From the NCBI RefSeq assembly GCF_001194135.2, contig NC_068985.1, positions 105,463,853 through 105,527,852 of the forward strand: a DNA stretch of 64,000 bases, in the 5' to 3' direction. Source of the DNA: Octopus bimaculoides (Eukaryota). The translations under genes and the position numbers were made by a program. Positions 1-13,687 of the stretch are shown piece after piece (positions within the stretch are counted from its first letter, which is position 1; each line of letters begins with the position of its first letter). Below the pieces are notes generated by a model. That model was not told where the DNA came from, did not search any database, and saw only the letters and a program-made list of their open reading frames with translations.

Positions 1-12
1 GTATAATTTATT

Positions 13-85
13 TACAAGTATATCTCATTTGTTAGAGTATCAGACTTTTAATCTGAAGTCGCAGGTTCATATCCCTCAGCGGGCG
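13..85 (+). pseudogene. tRNA-Lys(TTT) pseudogene, followed by a SINE-A 3' tail fragment (about 101-158)
   Basis: ATATCTCATTTGTTAGAGTATCAGACTTTTAATCTGAAGTCGCAGGTTCATATCCCTCAGCGGGCG aligns by eye to metazoan tRNA-Lys(UUU). The anticodon stem TCAGA/TCTGA and loop CTTTTAA are intact. The acceptor stem and the A and B boxes are degraded. Confidence 0.75.
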
Positions 86-3000
86 TATATATACTTCTGG
101 GCAGTGCTCTAGTATGGCCACAGTATAATGACTGGTACAAGTAAAAGAATAAAAGCGTTGTGTGTGTGTGAATTCGTATTCTCGTGCGTTTTTGTTATGT
201 ATATATTTAATAAATAGATAATAAATGTATAATAAATTACACCTTTCTATTGATAAACTACTTACATTTTCATGGACAACACACAACAATACATTAATTA
301 AACAGATCCCCATGGCAGCACGTGTAAAATGACACACTGGGATTTCTTTAAACAAGTTATTTAAACTTTACTTGACTTAGTCGGATTAACAAAATAAAAT
401 TTCTCATATTTAAAACGAAAATTCAAGTTCAGAGAATAAGACAAATAATTTTGAAATACATCAAAATTAAAATACAAATACGAGATCTGCATGAAAAAAG
501 TCGCAAGAACTCCTGATCAGAAGTTGGATTAAAAACAAAAATTATGTTGAAAATTAATGCTCTATGTAAAGTGCTTTTAATTTTCGTTTTATGCATTGCC
601 GGAATATGTTGCCTTGTGCTAGTTTTCATTGCATTAGCTTGTTAAGATATATAAACCTCTGGAAATAATGCAACAGCCGCTCATGGTTGCAATCTCTGTC
701 ACCTTTTATTTAACTGAAGCTAAACGAACTAGAAACTCTGGATTTCACTCATAAAGACTAATGACCTTGGAACTTCTGGCCTGTAAACCAAGCTTTATTG
801 ATTCTGTCACCACTGATTATTTGAATTTCGGACCTGGAACACTTATCGAAAGCGACATTGATTGTCCGGCCCTGAATCAGAATCTTTTAACTACTCTTAT
901 ATTAGCGTGTACATTTATGTTTATCTTTGTCTTTCTTTCATATACACTCACACCTCGTATTCGCTTATCGTCAATAACTATCTGCTCTCTTCACTCCGTT
1001 TATTTATCTATCGATCAATTTATTCGACTCCATGTCTTTGTGTCTCTATTGATCCTTTATTTTGTCTTCCTATTTGTAAGTCCACTTATTCCTCTCTAAG
1101 TGGATAATTATATCTAAATGGGTTTTTTCTGTATCTGTTTTATTTATATATTTTCAATTGATCGTTGAATTAATGTAAACTGTAGTAGTGCAAAGAACTC
1201 CAAAGTAAGGGTCAAATACATTTGGCCCTTGTTACAGTCAGCTTCTTGAGTGTGTAGTCAATAAAACGTGTGGCGCGCTCGCAAAATAACAAATGCGTAG
1301 AACTCAGATTTGCTGAAAGTATTTATATTGGCTAGTTCTAACATATTTCTAGAAATAAGGTCTCTGCTTCAGACCTGTTGGTTCCATAGTTGGTTGTGGG
1401 GAAAATTATCATAAATAGTGATTTAAAAAAGGTAGTTTAAAAGATACGAAGCAGTTCATATGTTATAGAATGACATTTCACCTAAAATGAAAAACAGTCA
1501 TCCATATGAAAAGTACAAAAGGTTGTCAGTCCATAGTTAATTTAATCAGTAATATATAAGCCTTTAAAAAATATTACATTGATGATAGTAAAGCTTTGCA
1601 TCTGAAAATTAATTCTACATTAGTTTGAATGTTACATAATTAGAACGAATAGTTTCGCTATGTTGATAATTTCTCTACGGTAAAAATAAGAAAAGGCACA
1701 CTTTCTGGAATTTGTAGAAATGATTTATTACTTTGAGTGTTCTTTCATTGAAGTGCGTATCTCGTATTGAGACTAACCGAATGAAAAAACCTTTTCGCTG
1801 ATACAGAGGACGAAGGATGTGGACTGATCAGCTAAAGTGTCTTGCGTAAGCTACAGCAGCTTGTAAACTGTAATCTACATTAGTTGTAAAAGCTGCGATA
1901 ATTTGAGACAGCAGTTTAAGCTACAGTGGCTTGTAACAATGTTCAAATTGTCGTGACTTGTGGCAGTAGTTTAAGCTGTAATGGCTTGTAACAGTAAATG
2001 GTGCATGTGTTCATCTTTTCAGTTTCATTAAACATGTTGGAACAAGGTAAATAAAAATGTGTCAGCTGTGTGAGTCTAAACAAGCTGCGGCATTGTGGCC
2101 GATAAGTGAGCTGCACGACTGTTGTAATGTAATTAGACTACATGACTGTTCAAGTAGCTGATAGTAAAAACGGTTATCGTGGGGCTAGTGATAAAAAGTT
2201 CGCTCAGCCCGCAAAAAAATGACTTACATTACTAGTCGTAATTCACTCTTCAGCCAATCTATGCAGAAGCGAGAGTCTATAGAGAAGTCAGAGCCGTCAA
2301 GGGGGTACCCTGAGGAAATGTACCGGGATGTGAACTCAGAGCTGCCGAAATGGTGCTCTCTGGTGATGTTTCAATATGTGCAGAAGCCAAAGTCGTCAAG
2401 GTGTTGTTCTCTGCAGATGCTTCAGTGTGTAAAGAAGAGAACGGGTCCCTAAACGTAAGAATGATTTGGCTCTTTCGTATATAATATTTTACATCCAGAA
2501 TAGTTCATTTTCTAGGTCAAACCGCTTCTTGTATAATTTCTACTTTGACAGTGGCAAACGTACGGAATATATCGCATAGAGAATATTGGTTCCTTGAGTG
2601 TGTTACAAGATTATCGATCAAACAGTTTTAAAAATAAAGCAAATTACAGTGGCACACCCATTGGATAGGGTGGGGGAGGAGTGTAAACAATAACTTACAC
2701 TTTCACCACATTATAAAATTGGCTGACGCAATGCTGTTGTTGATTAGTGTCCTCCATCAATGAGTAAGTATGTTGCTATCGTTAATGGATTAAAATAAAA
2801 GGCATGATCAAATATTTTGTTGCATGTCCACATCGTTCGTACATTACTAGTGTAGTTTCCACATTTTAATCTGATTCGCTACAAGTGTCACTAACATATA
2901 ACTCTCATAGTTTAGTATATACATGTGTGTTTATGTGTGCGTGTGCGTGCATGCGTGCGTGTGTGTGTGTATGTTTTATTTTCATTCTATTTTTTATGTA

Positions 3001-3445
3001 AGATACATTGCTTGCTACAAGGAAACAGGATTCATCTGAAGGTTTCTTAGCAATGGCAAAGAGAGTCAATTATAGATGTCCTTCACTATGGCTGCTCTGA
3101 AACAAACATGATTCTGATTTTCTAAAATTAATAATCTTTTTCTATGTTTTTATATAATGTTAAGGTCTTTTTACATACATAAAAGTTCTCTGAATTATAC
3201 GGAGCGGGGTGCGAAATAAGATTGCCTAATTTTCATGTTTTGAATGACATTAGAAAGGTAATTGGTATCAAATTGTTTCAACGAGGAATCGAAACTTATT
3301 CGCGTTCTTTGCTACTACGCTCATCATCTGGATTTTTGTTTGATGATTACACCAACAAGGACTATTTTTATGAAACAAAGTCTTTAGGTGGCTAGTTTAT
3401 CTCTCTGCCTAAATTCTCTTTACCTCTCTTTCTATCTCTCCGTGT

Positions 3446-3522
3446 ACACATACATACATACGTTCATGCATACATACATACATACATACATACATACATA
3501 CATACATACATACATACATACA
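3446..3522. repeat. (ATAC)n microsatellite
   Basis: Direct reading of tandem CATA units. Confidence 0.95.
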
Positions 3523-4434
3523 TGAATATTTGTAATCAAATTGCAGGTATCAGTACTACCAGTTGAGTTCTACATACAGAACACTAACATGTTCATAGGG
3601 TAATCAGGAAAGAATGCGCTCCGGTCCGGGGCCTACTTTTCGACGGTATTATTGCACACCGGCCTCTCTCCCTGAGATGAGGCGCCACTTGCAAAAACAG
3701 CAAGTTACTAGCATTCTTCTAGCCATTGATCGTCATCTCTTTTTAACCAAATCCAGTGGTTTGTTTTCTCCACTAATTTGCTTTCAATCATTGTCTTTAT
3801 CATTTTCCCTACCTTATACGGATATCTATAGGCAGACAGACAGGTACAGAGGTAATATCTGAATCTAACAGGCCATTCACTTCTGACTAAAAGTTTATCG
3901 TTGTATGACCTATATCCAGCGATTAGACACGATCTGTCTTTTAAGATAAGGATTAACTTGTTATGGTTATATCTATATTATGTAATGTAGAATTTATTTC
4001 TAATATCATTTCAAAGAGCATTACAAGTAAATAAATAAATAAAAATATTGCTGAATCTGTTATAGATTTAATATGTTTCTAGGTGCCGATTTAATTAAAC
4101 AATTTGTACTTTTGCTCGCTGGTGTTATTTTATTTATTTTACAAAGACGGCAAAAAGCTATGTTCAACTATTACAAAACATTGACTACATTTCTGTCACT
4201 TTACTTTTTACATAAACATTTCTCAAAGTTTATCTGTTTCACCCATCACCACCACCACATATTCAAAGAACCTTAATGTACAAATTGAAATGCAAAAGAA
4301 TGAAATAATAAATGGATTTATGAATGAAAGTTTGGTAATTGCGCTTATTTCCACCACGCGGCACTTATTATTGCAAACATGTTTTAACTAACCTAAATTA
4401 TAAACATACACACAAATACATTCATATATATGTC

Positions 4435-4565
4435 TCGAGTTGTAGCTGTAATTCAAAGGGGCCAGCCTTGTCATATTCTGTGTGAAGCTGATTCTCCCTG
4501 AGAACTGCGTTAATGTTATTCATGTCTGTGGAGTATTCAGCCATATGTGAGTTAATATTATCCTC
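4435..4565 (+). mobile_element. Degenerate SINE-C 3' tail fragment
   Basis: CTGTAATTCAAAGGGGCCAGCCTTGTCA...GTCTGTGGAGTATTCAGCCA matches the reverse complement of the SINE-C tail at 6599-6800. Confidence 0.7.
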
Positions 4566-4768
4566 GTGTGGTAATGAAAAATGAAATTGACACCCAATAT
4601 TTGCTGTGTGTATGTATCTATGTATGAACTTTTCTATGGATTTATGTGTCTACTGTCTCTCTCACTTTGTCTCTTTCTCTTTCACTTCCTTTGTGTCCCT
4701 CTTCTCTCCCGCTTTTGATTTAACAATGTGTATATGTATTTATGTATCTACTTCTCTTGCGATGTGAT

Positions 4769-5000
4769 AAACATTTAAAAGCACAAAACGAACGCCATCA
4801 CCACTCACTGACTCTTTCACTCTCTCTCTCTCATTCTCTCTCACTCTCTTTCTTTCTCTCTTACGTCCTCTCTGAAACATTTAAAAACACAAAACGAACG
4901 CCGTCACCAATCACTGTCTCTTTCACTCTCTCTCTCTTTCTCCCTCACTTTCTCTCTCACACTCCCTTTCTCTCTCTCTCTCTCTCTTACTTCCTCTCCG
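4769..5000. repeat. About 106-bp two-copy tandem duplication with CT-rich tracts
   Basis: AAACATTTAAAA(G/A)CACAAAACGAACGCC(A/G)TCACCA occurs at 4769 and 4875, each followed by (CT)-rich sequence. Confidence 0.85.
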
Positions 5001-6094
5001 TCCTCCTCTCTCTCGCTTTGCCACTTCTTTCAAGTAAGTGTGACGCATACAAGAGGTACATATAAAAACAAAAATTTAGCGTATTAATATTATTAATGTT
5101 GTATTATTATAATTCAATTGATGTGTTGTTATCACTCTATTACTTACCTTTTGTCCCTCCAACATAAGATGAATCCGATTGTAATTGTACTCTTTGTAGC
5201 ATCTATATGCAATGATAATAAATTGAACTCAACTGAAAAGTAAAATGTTGGCTTCCGGCGAATTGAACCTCCAACTTTCTTTTGTGTCACATAGATCTTT
5301 TATTTTTTTACTGTACTTTCTTCTTTGATAACTGAGGTAGGGTATGAACATCACAAAACCATTTCTTCTTCGCTAAACTCAAAGGCGCCATTTTCTCTTG
5401 TTGACGTAGTTCTGAATAAGAGAAATGGAATAACTAATTTGATCACACTTCTCTGAGAGAAAATATTGATTAATTTATTTTCTTATTTTCATGTACTTTA
5501 ATGAAAATAGAAACAGATGAGGAAATATTGTGATGTATGCAGTACATAACTACAAGATATTGTAATTTTATTTCTTCCGCTCTGGCTTTCTTCTCTCCGC
5601 CAACGCTGACGTTCTTTCAAATGTGCAGTTGTTGGCTTTTAGTGAGTCTTCTGATTTATGAATAATTACAATTTGCTTTGTCAAGTCTCGTGTCACTGAA
5701 CACTGTACTATTAGATTTACGTGTTGCTACATTACTAGTAATGTCAATTGCACACCAGACCTCGTAGAATATAACTAGAGTATTTTCTTGCCACAAGTAA
5801 AGACCTTTCCAGTGTGAGATGTTAACCATCTTAATTGATGAGATCAAAGATTAAACACGGTTACACACGCACACGCAAACACACTCTCTAGTGCACTTAC
5901 AGAACAAACTACACTGCACAAGCACGCAACCGCACACGCACCCCTGTACACATCACCGCACACGTACCTCCACGCACGCACCTCCACACACGCATGCACG
6001 CATACATACACGCGCGCACACACTCTCTTTATCTTTCCTTTCCTCTCTCACATCTAAGAGACAGACCTGAAGGTGACATAGAATAGAGAGGGCA

Positions 6095-6137
6095 TGTCAC
6101 TGAAGAATTCGTGAATGGTGACGAAAGAAATCTGACA
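6095..6137 (+). ncRNA. Degenerate minimal type I hammerhead-like motif
   Basis: TGTCA-CTGAAGA-ATTCGTGAATGGTGAC-GAAA-GAAA-TC-TGACA. Stem I TGTCA/TGACA is perfect and the core boxes are present. Stem II is weak and stem III is essentially absent. Confidence 0.4.
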
Positions 6138-6598
6138 AACATAACTGATTGATTGATTATTCAAAAAAATCTATTAGTTAATTGGCTAAATAGTTAATCA
6201 ATTGACAAACAATAAAGAAGTGAACTAGAACCAGTACGTGTGTTTATTATTGACGCAATGACCCTCCCGAGGTTCAACAAAATACTGATAATTGTTACTC
6301 AAATACGACTGCGATAACACATTTGGATCAGATTATCAACACGCACTAGTAGTAAAATCAAATGGTTTATGACTGGGATAAACCAAATCATAGAATATTA
6401 TAAATCCTGAATCACCAGGATTTTTTTATGGATACACCTCCATCACTTAACCTTTGTAAGTTTTAAGCTGCTCTGTTATTTAGTGTTTGGGATATCAAAC
6501 CTCTCTCGACATTCTCCTTTATCACAAAACTGCAGCTATAGGGGATTCGCAGTAAAACTTACAAGTATTTCATGAGAGACTGAACTTTTCTGTTCTGT

Positions 6599-6989
6599 TG
6601 TTGTTGTTGTTGGCGCTCCGTCGCTTACGACGACGAGGATTCCAGTTGATCCGATCAATGGAACAGCCTACTCGTGAAATTAACGTGCAAGCGGCTGAGC
6701 ACTCCACAGACATGTGTACCCTCAACGTAGTTCTCGGGGATATTCAGCATGACACAGTGTGACAAGGCTGACCCTTTGAATTACAGGCACAGCAGAAACA
6801 GGAAGTAAGAGTAAGAGAAAGTTGTGGTGAAAGAGTACACCAGGGTTCGCCACCATCCCCTGCCGGAGTCTCGTGGAGCTTTAGGTGTTTTCGCTCAATA
6901 AACACTCACAACGCCCGGTCTGGGAATCGAAACCGCGATCCTATGACCGCGAGTCCACTGCCCTAACCACTGGGCCATTGCGCCTCCAC
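6599..6989 (-). mobile_element. Full-length tRNA-derived SINE (family C) with 11-bp TSD
   Basis: The minus-strand head GTGGAGGCGCAATGGCCCAGTGGTTAGGG...GGTTTCGATTCCC carries A and B boxes, and the tail is (AAC)n. The flanking direct repeat TTCTGTTCTGT lies at 6588-6598 and 6990-7000. A near-identical copy is at 45277-45655. Confidence 0.92.
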
Positions 6990-7084
6990 TTCTGTTCTGT
7001 ACACAAAAAGAAAAATGAATTTTACATCTGTGGTAAAGATTTATGCAAGAAATAAATATTGTACTTTATATTTTTAAAATTTGT

Positions 7085-7476
7085 TTTATTTTTTCCCTTG
7101 TTTCAATGACTGAAGGGTTTACTGGAACAAGTCAATCCCAGTACCTGTACTTATCCTATGGGCCTGTTTTGTCAACCCGTTAAGTTACGAGGAAGCAAAC
7201 AAACCAACAATGGTCGTCAAACACTAGCAAAGACACATACACATATACATAGCAAACACACAAAGACATATACACATACACACGCGTGTGTGCACGTATA
7301 TATGCATATATATTATGGGCTTCGACGCAGTTTCTGTCTACCAAGCTACTCACAAGGTATTGGTCCTCCCTGGAATATAGCAGAAGACACTGCTTAAGGT
7401 GCTGTGCAGTGAGATTGAACCTAAAACCACATAATTATAAAGTGAGCTTCTTAACTGCTCAGCCATGCCTGCGCAT
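7085..7476 (-). mobile_element. Old degenerate SINE-A copy
   Basis: Recognisable blocks GGGCTTCGACGCAGTTTCTGTCTACCAA, CTCACAAGG and CAGCCATGCCTGCGC, with an internal CA/TA tract. Confidence 0.75.
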
Positions 7477-7689
7477 ACTGGGAGAATATTTGGAAACGGT
7501 TTCGGAAGCGAACTAGATCTTTTCTCCACGTTATGCATCGACTCATTCCTTTCCTTGAAGGATTGTTTTATTATTATTTTTTTTTATAGTTTCTACAGAC
7601 CTTTAAATCACTCTGAAGTTCTTTAAACAATTATACATAGTTTAATTGATTCTTCTTACCCCTCCGTACTAAATTTGACCTTCAGCCTA

Positions 7690-7919
7690 TTTTGATATCG
7701 TCACAAAACTGCCCTCCTCTACGTTTTCCTCACCGCACTTAAAATAATCTTCAAAGTTAGACGCCACTGTGATGTCAAAATTACCATAAACGTTATCATA
7801 TAGAAACAAAACGTGATTTTTAAAAGAATATTTACTTATAATTCTTATTTTACTTCGTAAACTATTTCTAGAATTTTCAGAGCGCACAATAGCTAGCTAT
7901 GTTGACGAGTGATTGCTAT

Positions 7920-7963
<44 letters not shown>

Positions 7964-9480
7964 AGGGGAGAAAGAGAGAGAGAGATAGAAAAGGGGAGAA
8001 AGAGAGAGAGAGAGAGAAGGGGAGAGAGGGAGAGGTGAAGAAAATTTTTCAAAAATCAATAATTCTTGATTATAAATACGTGAGACATGCATTAGGTATC
8101 CACCATGGAGTTATGGTAAGTCTCCAGAGAGTCAAATATACGAACAGGTTTCAATTTTCTGTTGAAACCAATTTAATTCTCTTATGTTGATACCTTCGGG
8201 ATATATATGGACGTCACAAATTCCAATTTCTCAAACTCTTTAAATTTGACAACTTTGGTCGATGTAATAAATCAATAAATGCGTGCATTGTGTGTTGTTC
8301 TGCGTATATGTAAAATATATATATAAAATCTCGGTTTCGACCACGAGTCGTATGACCGGTTGTATGATCAACGAAACTGTGTATTCATTGAATCATAGTG
8401 TAAATGTAAATTGTATCATAGTGTATTCCGCATGCACTTACATCATTAACAAAATCCTCAACCCGACATCCATTGAGCTCTCACGGAGTTTCTATCTAAC
8501 TAGTTTTATTCAGAATTCAGTTGGCCTGAGTAGAAGAAACTTATCCAACAGTAAAAAAAAAACTACTCCAGTGTTAGGATTGATTCTATGTCATATTGTT
8601 CGGAAAGAGCACTTCTTAATAATTCGATTATGCCTGCGTTTATACAAATATTCCAAGTCGACAAGTCTTTGCAAAGTGTCACCTCTTGACAAACATCTTA
8701 CCTCCGCGTGAACATTGATTAAATATTTCACTTTTTATATTTCACATAACATTGCAAGCAGCTTTAAATTGAGAAGATGAGCTTTAATTTTATTGATTAA
8801 CTTTTTATTGATTCGCGTTTTAAGGCAGTTTCTTGGATACAAAATCATGACTCTGTAATACGAGGAATAATAGGTACAGCGCGAACATTTTCCTTGAATT
8901 TTGTGAGAATACTTCTAAAACAGCCAATTATTGTTGATGCACCGTCGGTAGCCATTGCTGTAATATTTCAGAAGGGAATATTGTGCTTTTGGGATACAAG
9001 ACGGTATAACTGTAGTACACCAAGAAGACAAGGTACATATCCTCTGCAATAGCTAGGTATTATTGTTACACCGTTGGTATCCGTTACTAAAATATTCCAG
9101 AAGAGAATAATGCATTTCATCACATAACCAACCAAATATTGGAAAGTGTTATTTCATTTCACATAACACTTTTAAAGCAGTCGGCAAACAAACTGCCGTC
9201 ATTTATACACGTTAGGCTGGAAATATAATATTCAATATAACCATAGAAGTATTTAAACAACTGAAAGTTGACTTACGATTTGGCTACAAAACTTGCAATG
9301 TTGAAGCTCAGGTATCATTCTACCTTCCATACAAATGTAATGCTTTTTTGCATTGCATTTGTATTTAGCAGCATACACTTTAGAACATTGTTAAGTGTCT
9401 TTCTTCATAACAGTTTCATTCACTTCTTTAATTGCATGTAATTCACTTCTTTAATCTATTTACCAATGGAATACGATATA
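7690..9480 (-). mobile_element. Decayed hAT (Buster/Charlie-like) transposase remnant, interrupted by a (GA)n tract
   Basis: Manual minus-strand translation gives AMATDGASTIIG (TDGA motif), NVHAEVRCLSRGDTLQRL (HTEVRWLSRG motif) and PYSIGK (PHTIGE-like), with many stops and frameshifts. Confidence 0.8.
7923..8032. repeat. (GA)n purine tract
   Basis: Direct reading. Confidence 0.95.
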
Positions 9481-10062
9481 TATATTTTTTTTGCGTGTGT
9501 GGTGGTAACGATAAGGAGAGATTTTTTTTTTTTTTTGCTTTATTAAGGAAGTTGTGGTAATGACACCTTTAATCTTTCTTTAATATCGATTTCATATTTG
9601 GCAAAAGGCTAGCAATTTCACGGGGAGTGATTAGTCGATTACATAGCATGCATTTATGATGGCGACTCATTGTCTATCTTCTATTTGAATCTTAAATTAC
9701 GATTCAACCATAGAGAAATTTTTTTTAATCTTGATTTTTTTTCATAAAAACAGACACCTCATTAAATTTATACATCTTGTTCAGTTAGTTTGTGTGGTAG
9801 TTTGAAGAAAATCAAGCCAACAAGCTCTATTGCAATGTCAATGATATGAAAGGAATAGAAAGATCTCCTGAATGTCTGTTGTAATAACGGGTTTTCTGTA
9901 ATAAAAATACATTAACTCCCAACATGGATCCCACAAGTAGACTTGCAACATTTGATTAAATGTTGTTTGTTCTGGACGACTATGTGATCTGACAACTACT
10001 TTGGACCGAAGCTTTCATTAAGCTCTGTCTTTGATAAATCGTGGCCTAAACGTAAATTTCTT

Positions 10063-10460
10063 ATGATCTGTAATATATACTATTCCCACCCGTACACACA
10101 CAGTTCCTGTAATACTGATGCCAATAATGCAAAGAACTACTTTAACACACAGCCTGACACCACCACCCGACAACTTGTAACGGACTTGACTGGATCGTTC
10201 TTCCACTCTAAGCACGAGCTTCTTAGCCTTGGGTCCAAATTTATCCCAACACAACGGATCGATGACAAACTAATGCTTAATATCAAAACTAATTTCTGCG
10301 GTACAGCCCACCAACATAAATGTATATCAAACCTCAATTGCCACAACAACCGCGTCAATGACTATGATCTGTTCCATTCCAAACCCCATCAAATTTTCCC
10401 CCTACTCCCTTAATGACTCCCTTCCCACCCCGTCAACCATTAACACAAACGTCGTTTCTA
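10063..10460 (+). mobile_element. Penelope-like element, N-terminal ORF remnant
   Basis: ORF 10063-10413 contains VTDLTGSFFHSKHELLSLGSKFIPT, resembling the PLE pre-RT motif VxNLS...E..LL.KGLKF.PT. Confidence 0.65.
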
Positions 10461-10559
10461 TTCCTCCCGATGATAGGCTCAAGTCCATTCAAGATTAAAT
10501 AAATAGCAGAAAAGTTGCAATCGCAGATGATGCTCATAGACTTTCGTCAGGTTCCAAAT

Positions 10560-11830
10560 TGGCACCAGAAATGTATATAGGTTCAAGTCTCTTGCACGCA
10601 GTATGTTTGAGAGATCATCTAGGGATTTAGAACTGATAAAAGATTATAAGTCAAAGCTTTTCGTTTCTCCTATGAAAGAAAGCTACTTGATTGAATTAAA
10701 ATATAACAGTGAGTCATATCACAAAGTGAAAGCTTCATCTATCAGTTTATTTCAAAGTGGATGATCCTCTTTATTATTGTCATGGCATTAATGAACTTTT
10801 CGCAAGTTTATCTGAAAAGCATGTTGTTAGCGAACTGTGATATTTTGTAGATTCATCATTTCTTGGTTTGAAAGCACAATGGTAATTTTAGAACCATCTA
10901 TCATCGCCTCTCATTCACTGCATTTAAAAGATAAAAGATTCTTACGTCAAAATGGAGATCCTATTTTTATGAAATTCAATGCAACGATCACCAATGAAAT
11001 CTTAATCTTAGTTACAGCTGTGTTGATGGGCACGTGAGGATGATTCCCTGAGCGCTACTGGAACAGGGATGCTTTAACAGGGCATTATAATAGAGAAGAC
11101 TGGTCAGCCAAGTTTTAATATATTTCTGAAAGAAACAGGATTCAAACAGTACCTTTGTTTGATCTGAAGAACATGCTTTTATCATCTCATCACATTAAGC
11201 GTGGTTTAATAAAAGTATTTGTTAAGGTCATAAGTAAAAACAAAAAGGAATTTCAGTCTTTCTCATGACTACCTGTCTGATAAGGGTACACTAAGTACAT
11301 GCATCACAACCATATGTGCGCGATATGTTTATCTCATATCAAGATAAAAAGTGCATGACCTTGCAGGTGGGACGCAGTTAGAATTTTCTTCAGGTCGAGT
11401 AGCTCATCCTGCTCAAATGGTCTCTGAATAAAGGTTGTTTTAGGATGTTGAACGAAACACCCATATTTCTAGAGGTGAATTATTCAATCCCCAAAGATTT
11501 ACTCTCAGCACATGGCTATGATGCTCCCCCACTACTTCTGCTCATGATCAGAGATGCACATAATGTGAGAACAAAAGAGAACAGTATAGCGTGGTACATA
11601 AAGAATTCTACTGAACCATTGCTGCTAGAAGTGAAAAAGTCAAATCGGATAAAAATTGGACAGTGCAAGGAAAAGTTTGAACACAAAGAGATGCATATTG
11701 AAACTGAATGAAGGAAGAAAGAAAAGAAAATATATGGGCAGTTTTAAGGGACATAAAAGCCGAAACCACTAAGCCGCTAAGAAACATACTCAACTGGTTA
11801 AGGTTATTATTTTTCACTAGAGTTATCATT
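10560..11830 (+). mobile_element. Decayed DNA-transposon transposase, CMC/Chapaev-like
   Basis: Frameshifted motifs: VDSSFLGLKA (IDSSKxSLKAVLLH-like), PSIIASHSLHLKD (PSIPIAHS..LKE-like), LLSSHHIKRGLIKVFVKVI (LLPPLHIKLGLMKxFVKA-like) and IWAVLRD (YCWxLxRD-like). The superfamily assignment is from recall of this motif set. Confidence 0.65.
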
Positions 11831-13070
11831 TATTACTATATGACTTACTCGATTTTCTGGCCTTGTATTTATTTCCTCTTTTTTATATAGCATAAAGCAG
11901 AGAAGATACAATCACCACGGGAATAAGAAAGCCTACGACGATAGTTTTATTATGCTGCCCCCAACTTACATAGATAAATTAGACTATTTGCGATACACAC
12001 TCAGAATTAAATGACATGGAGTTTGTGGAGTTTAGTATCCCATCGCTACGGACACAATGCATTGCTGGTTAATAAGGCAAACCGTTAAACCTTACCCAGT
12101 TTGTTCGATACTCCATTAGGCTCAGCATATCGTACCGTTATATACATTTCTATCACCGTCTCCTATTATCTGGCTGTCAGTGAAAAGAGAAGCGCTTGGG
12201 ATAAGAATCTGATGAAAGCAAAACCATATTCTCAATTGGAAACAGTGCCACGTGGGAAGTATATTGAGTTTAGATGATGTTTCTTCTATCACTTATACAA
12301 TTATAGACAAGCTTCTTCCAAAAATAGCCAGTTAACTTTTGAAATAACACATATGAGGCTGTTTGCCATGGAAAGAAGCTAGGAGCAGCAATGAAATATC
12401 ACAAGATCAAAAGCAATCTAACCTTGTCCATTTCACTACGTATTACGTATTTAAGACTTCAATATTCACACTGGTCGTACAACTCAAACAGTAATTCACA
12501 CTTGTACCATTCAAGTGTTTGAATTGTGCAAATATCTGCTAAAATCGTAGTCCAAGATACGGGATGGATTTGATCAAAAGTCAGCTCAATCATGGCTAAG
12601 CAACAGCATATAATGCTTCTTTTGTTGAAATAGTAGGCGGAAATAAAGATTATATTACGCTGAATGAAATTGAAATCAACAGGTGGTGATACTCAGTTAA
12701 ATAAGCCAATGACCACAACTGTCTAAATACTTTTCGTGCACGATGATTTATTTATTCGGTGATATTTTGCCTGCGAGCATAATCAATTATATAGCTTCGT
12801 AGACTAAGAGGCAAGCTCTGACTAAGCCCGTTCTGTAACCTACTTTCCATTTTTGCAAGAATTTTTTTCTTTTATTTATTTTACTTTAGTTTCCAGTGCA
12901 TTTGATAAAGTCGTATTACCAAATAACATTTCACAAATCCTGAACTTGTACAAGGAAATTCGTTTTTCAGTTCCCTCCTGAGAAGCGAAAAGTAATGTTT
13001 GGATCTCTTTAATATGTATGTGTGCTTTGTGTATATACATACATACATACATACATGCATACATATATAT

Positions 13071-13687
13071 NNNNNNNNNNNNNNNNNNNNNNNNNNNNNN
13101 NNNNNNNNNNNNNNNNNNNNNNNNNNNNNNNNNNNNNNNNNNNNNNNNNNNNNNNNNNNNNNNNNNNNNNNNNNNNNNNNNNNNNNNNNNNNNNNNNNNN
13201 NNNNNNNNNNNNNNNNNNNNNNNNNNNNNNNNNNNNNNNNNNNNNNNNNNNNNNNNNNNNNNNNNNNNNNNNNNNNNNNNNNNNNNNNNNNNNNNNNNNN
13301 NNNNNNNNNNNNNNNNNNNNNNNNNNNNNNNNNNNNNNNNNNNNNNNNNNNNNNNNNNNNNNNNNNNNNNNNNNNNNNNNNNNNNNNNNNNNNNNNNNNN
13401 NNNNNNNNNNNNNNNNNNNNNNNNNNNNNNNNNNNNNNNNNNNNNNNNNNNNNNNNNNNNNNNNNNNNNNNNNNNNNNNNNNNNNNNNNNNNNNNNNNNN
13501 NNNNNNNNNNNNNNNNNNNNNNNNNNNNNNNNNNNNNNNNNNNNNNNNNNNNNNNNNNNNNNNNNNNNNNNNNNNNNNNNNNNNNNNNNNNNNNNNNNNN
13601 NNNNNNNNNNNNNNNNNNNNNNNNNNNNNNNNNNNNNNNNNNNNNNNNNNNNNNNNNNNNNNNNNNNNNNNNNNNNNNNNNNNNNNN
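13071..13687. other. Assembly gap (N-run)
   Basis: 617 N flanked by ATAC/TA microsatellite. Confidence 1.

Noticed and set aside
620-1110. Possible Penelope 3' end (LWISLIKT...GL*)
   Set aside because: The similarity is too short and weak to support a call.
5340-5850. Complex sequence with a short minus-strand ORF (5656-5847)
   Set aside because: No recognisable motif. It may be an old transposon fragment but cannot be supported.
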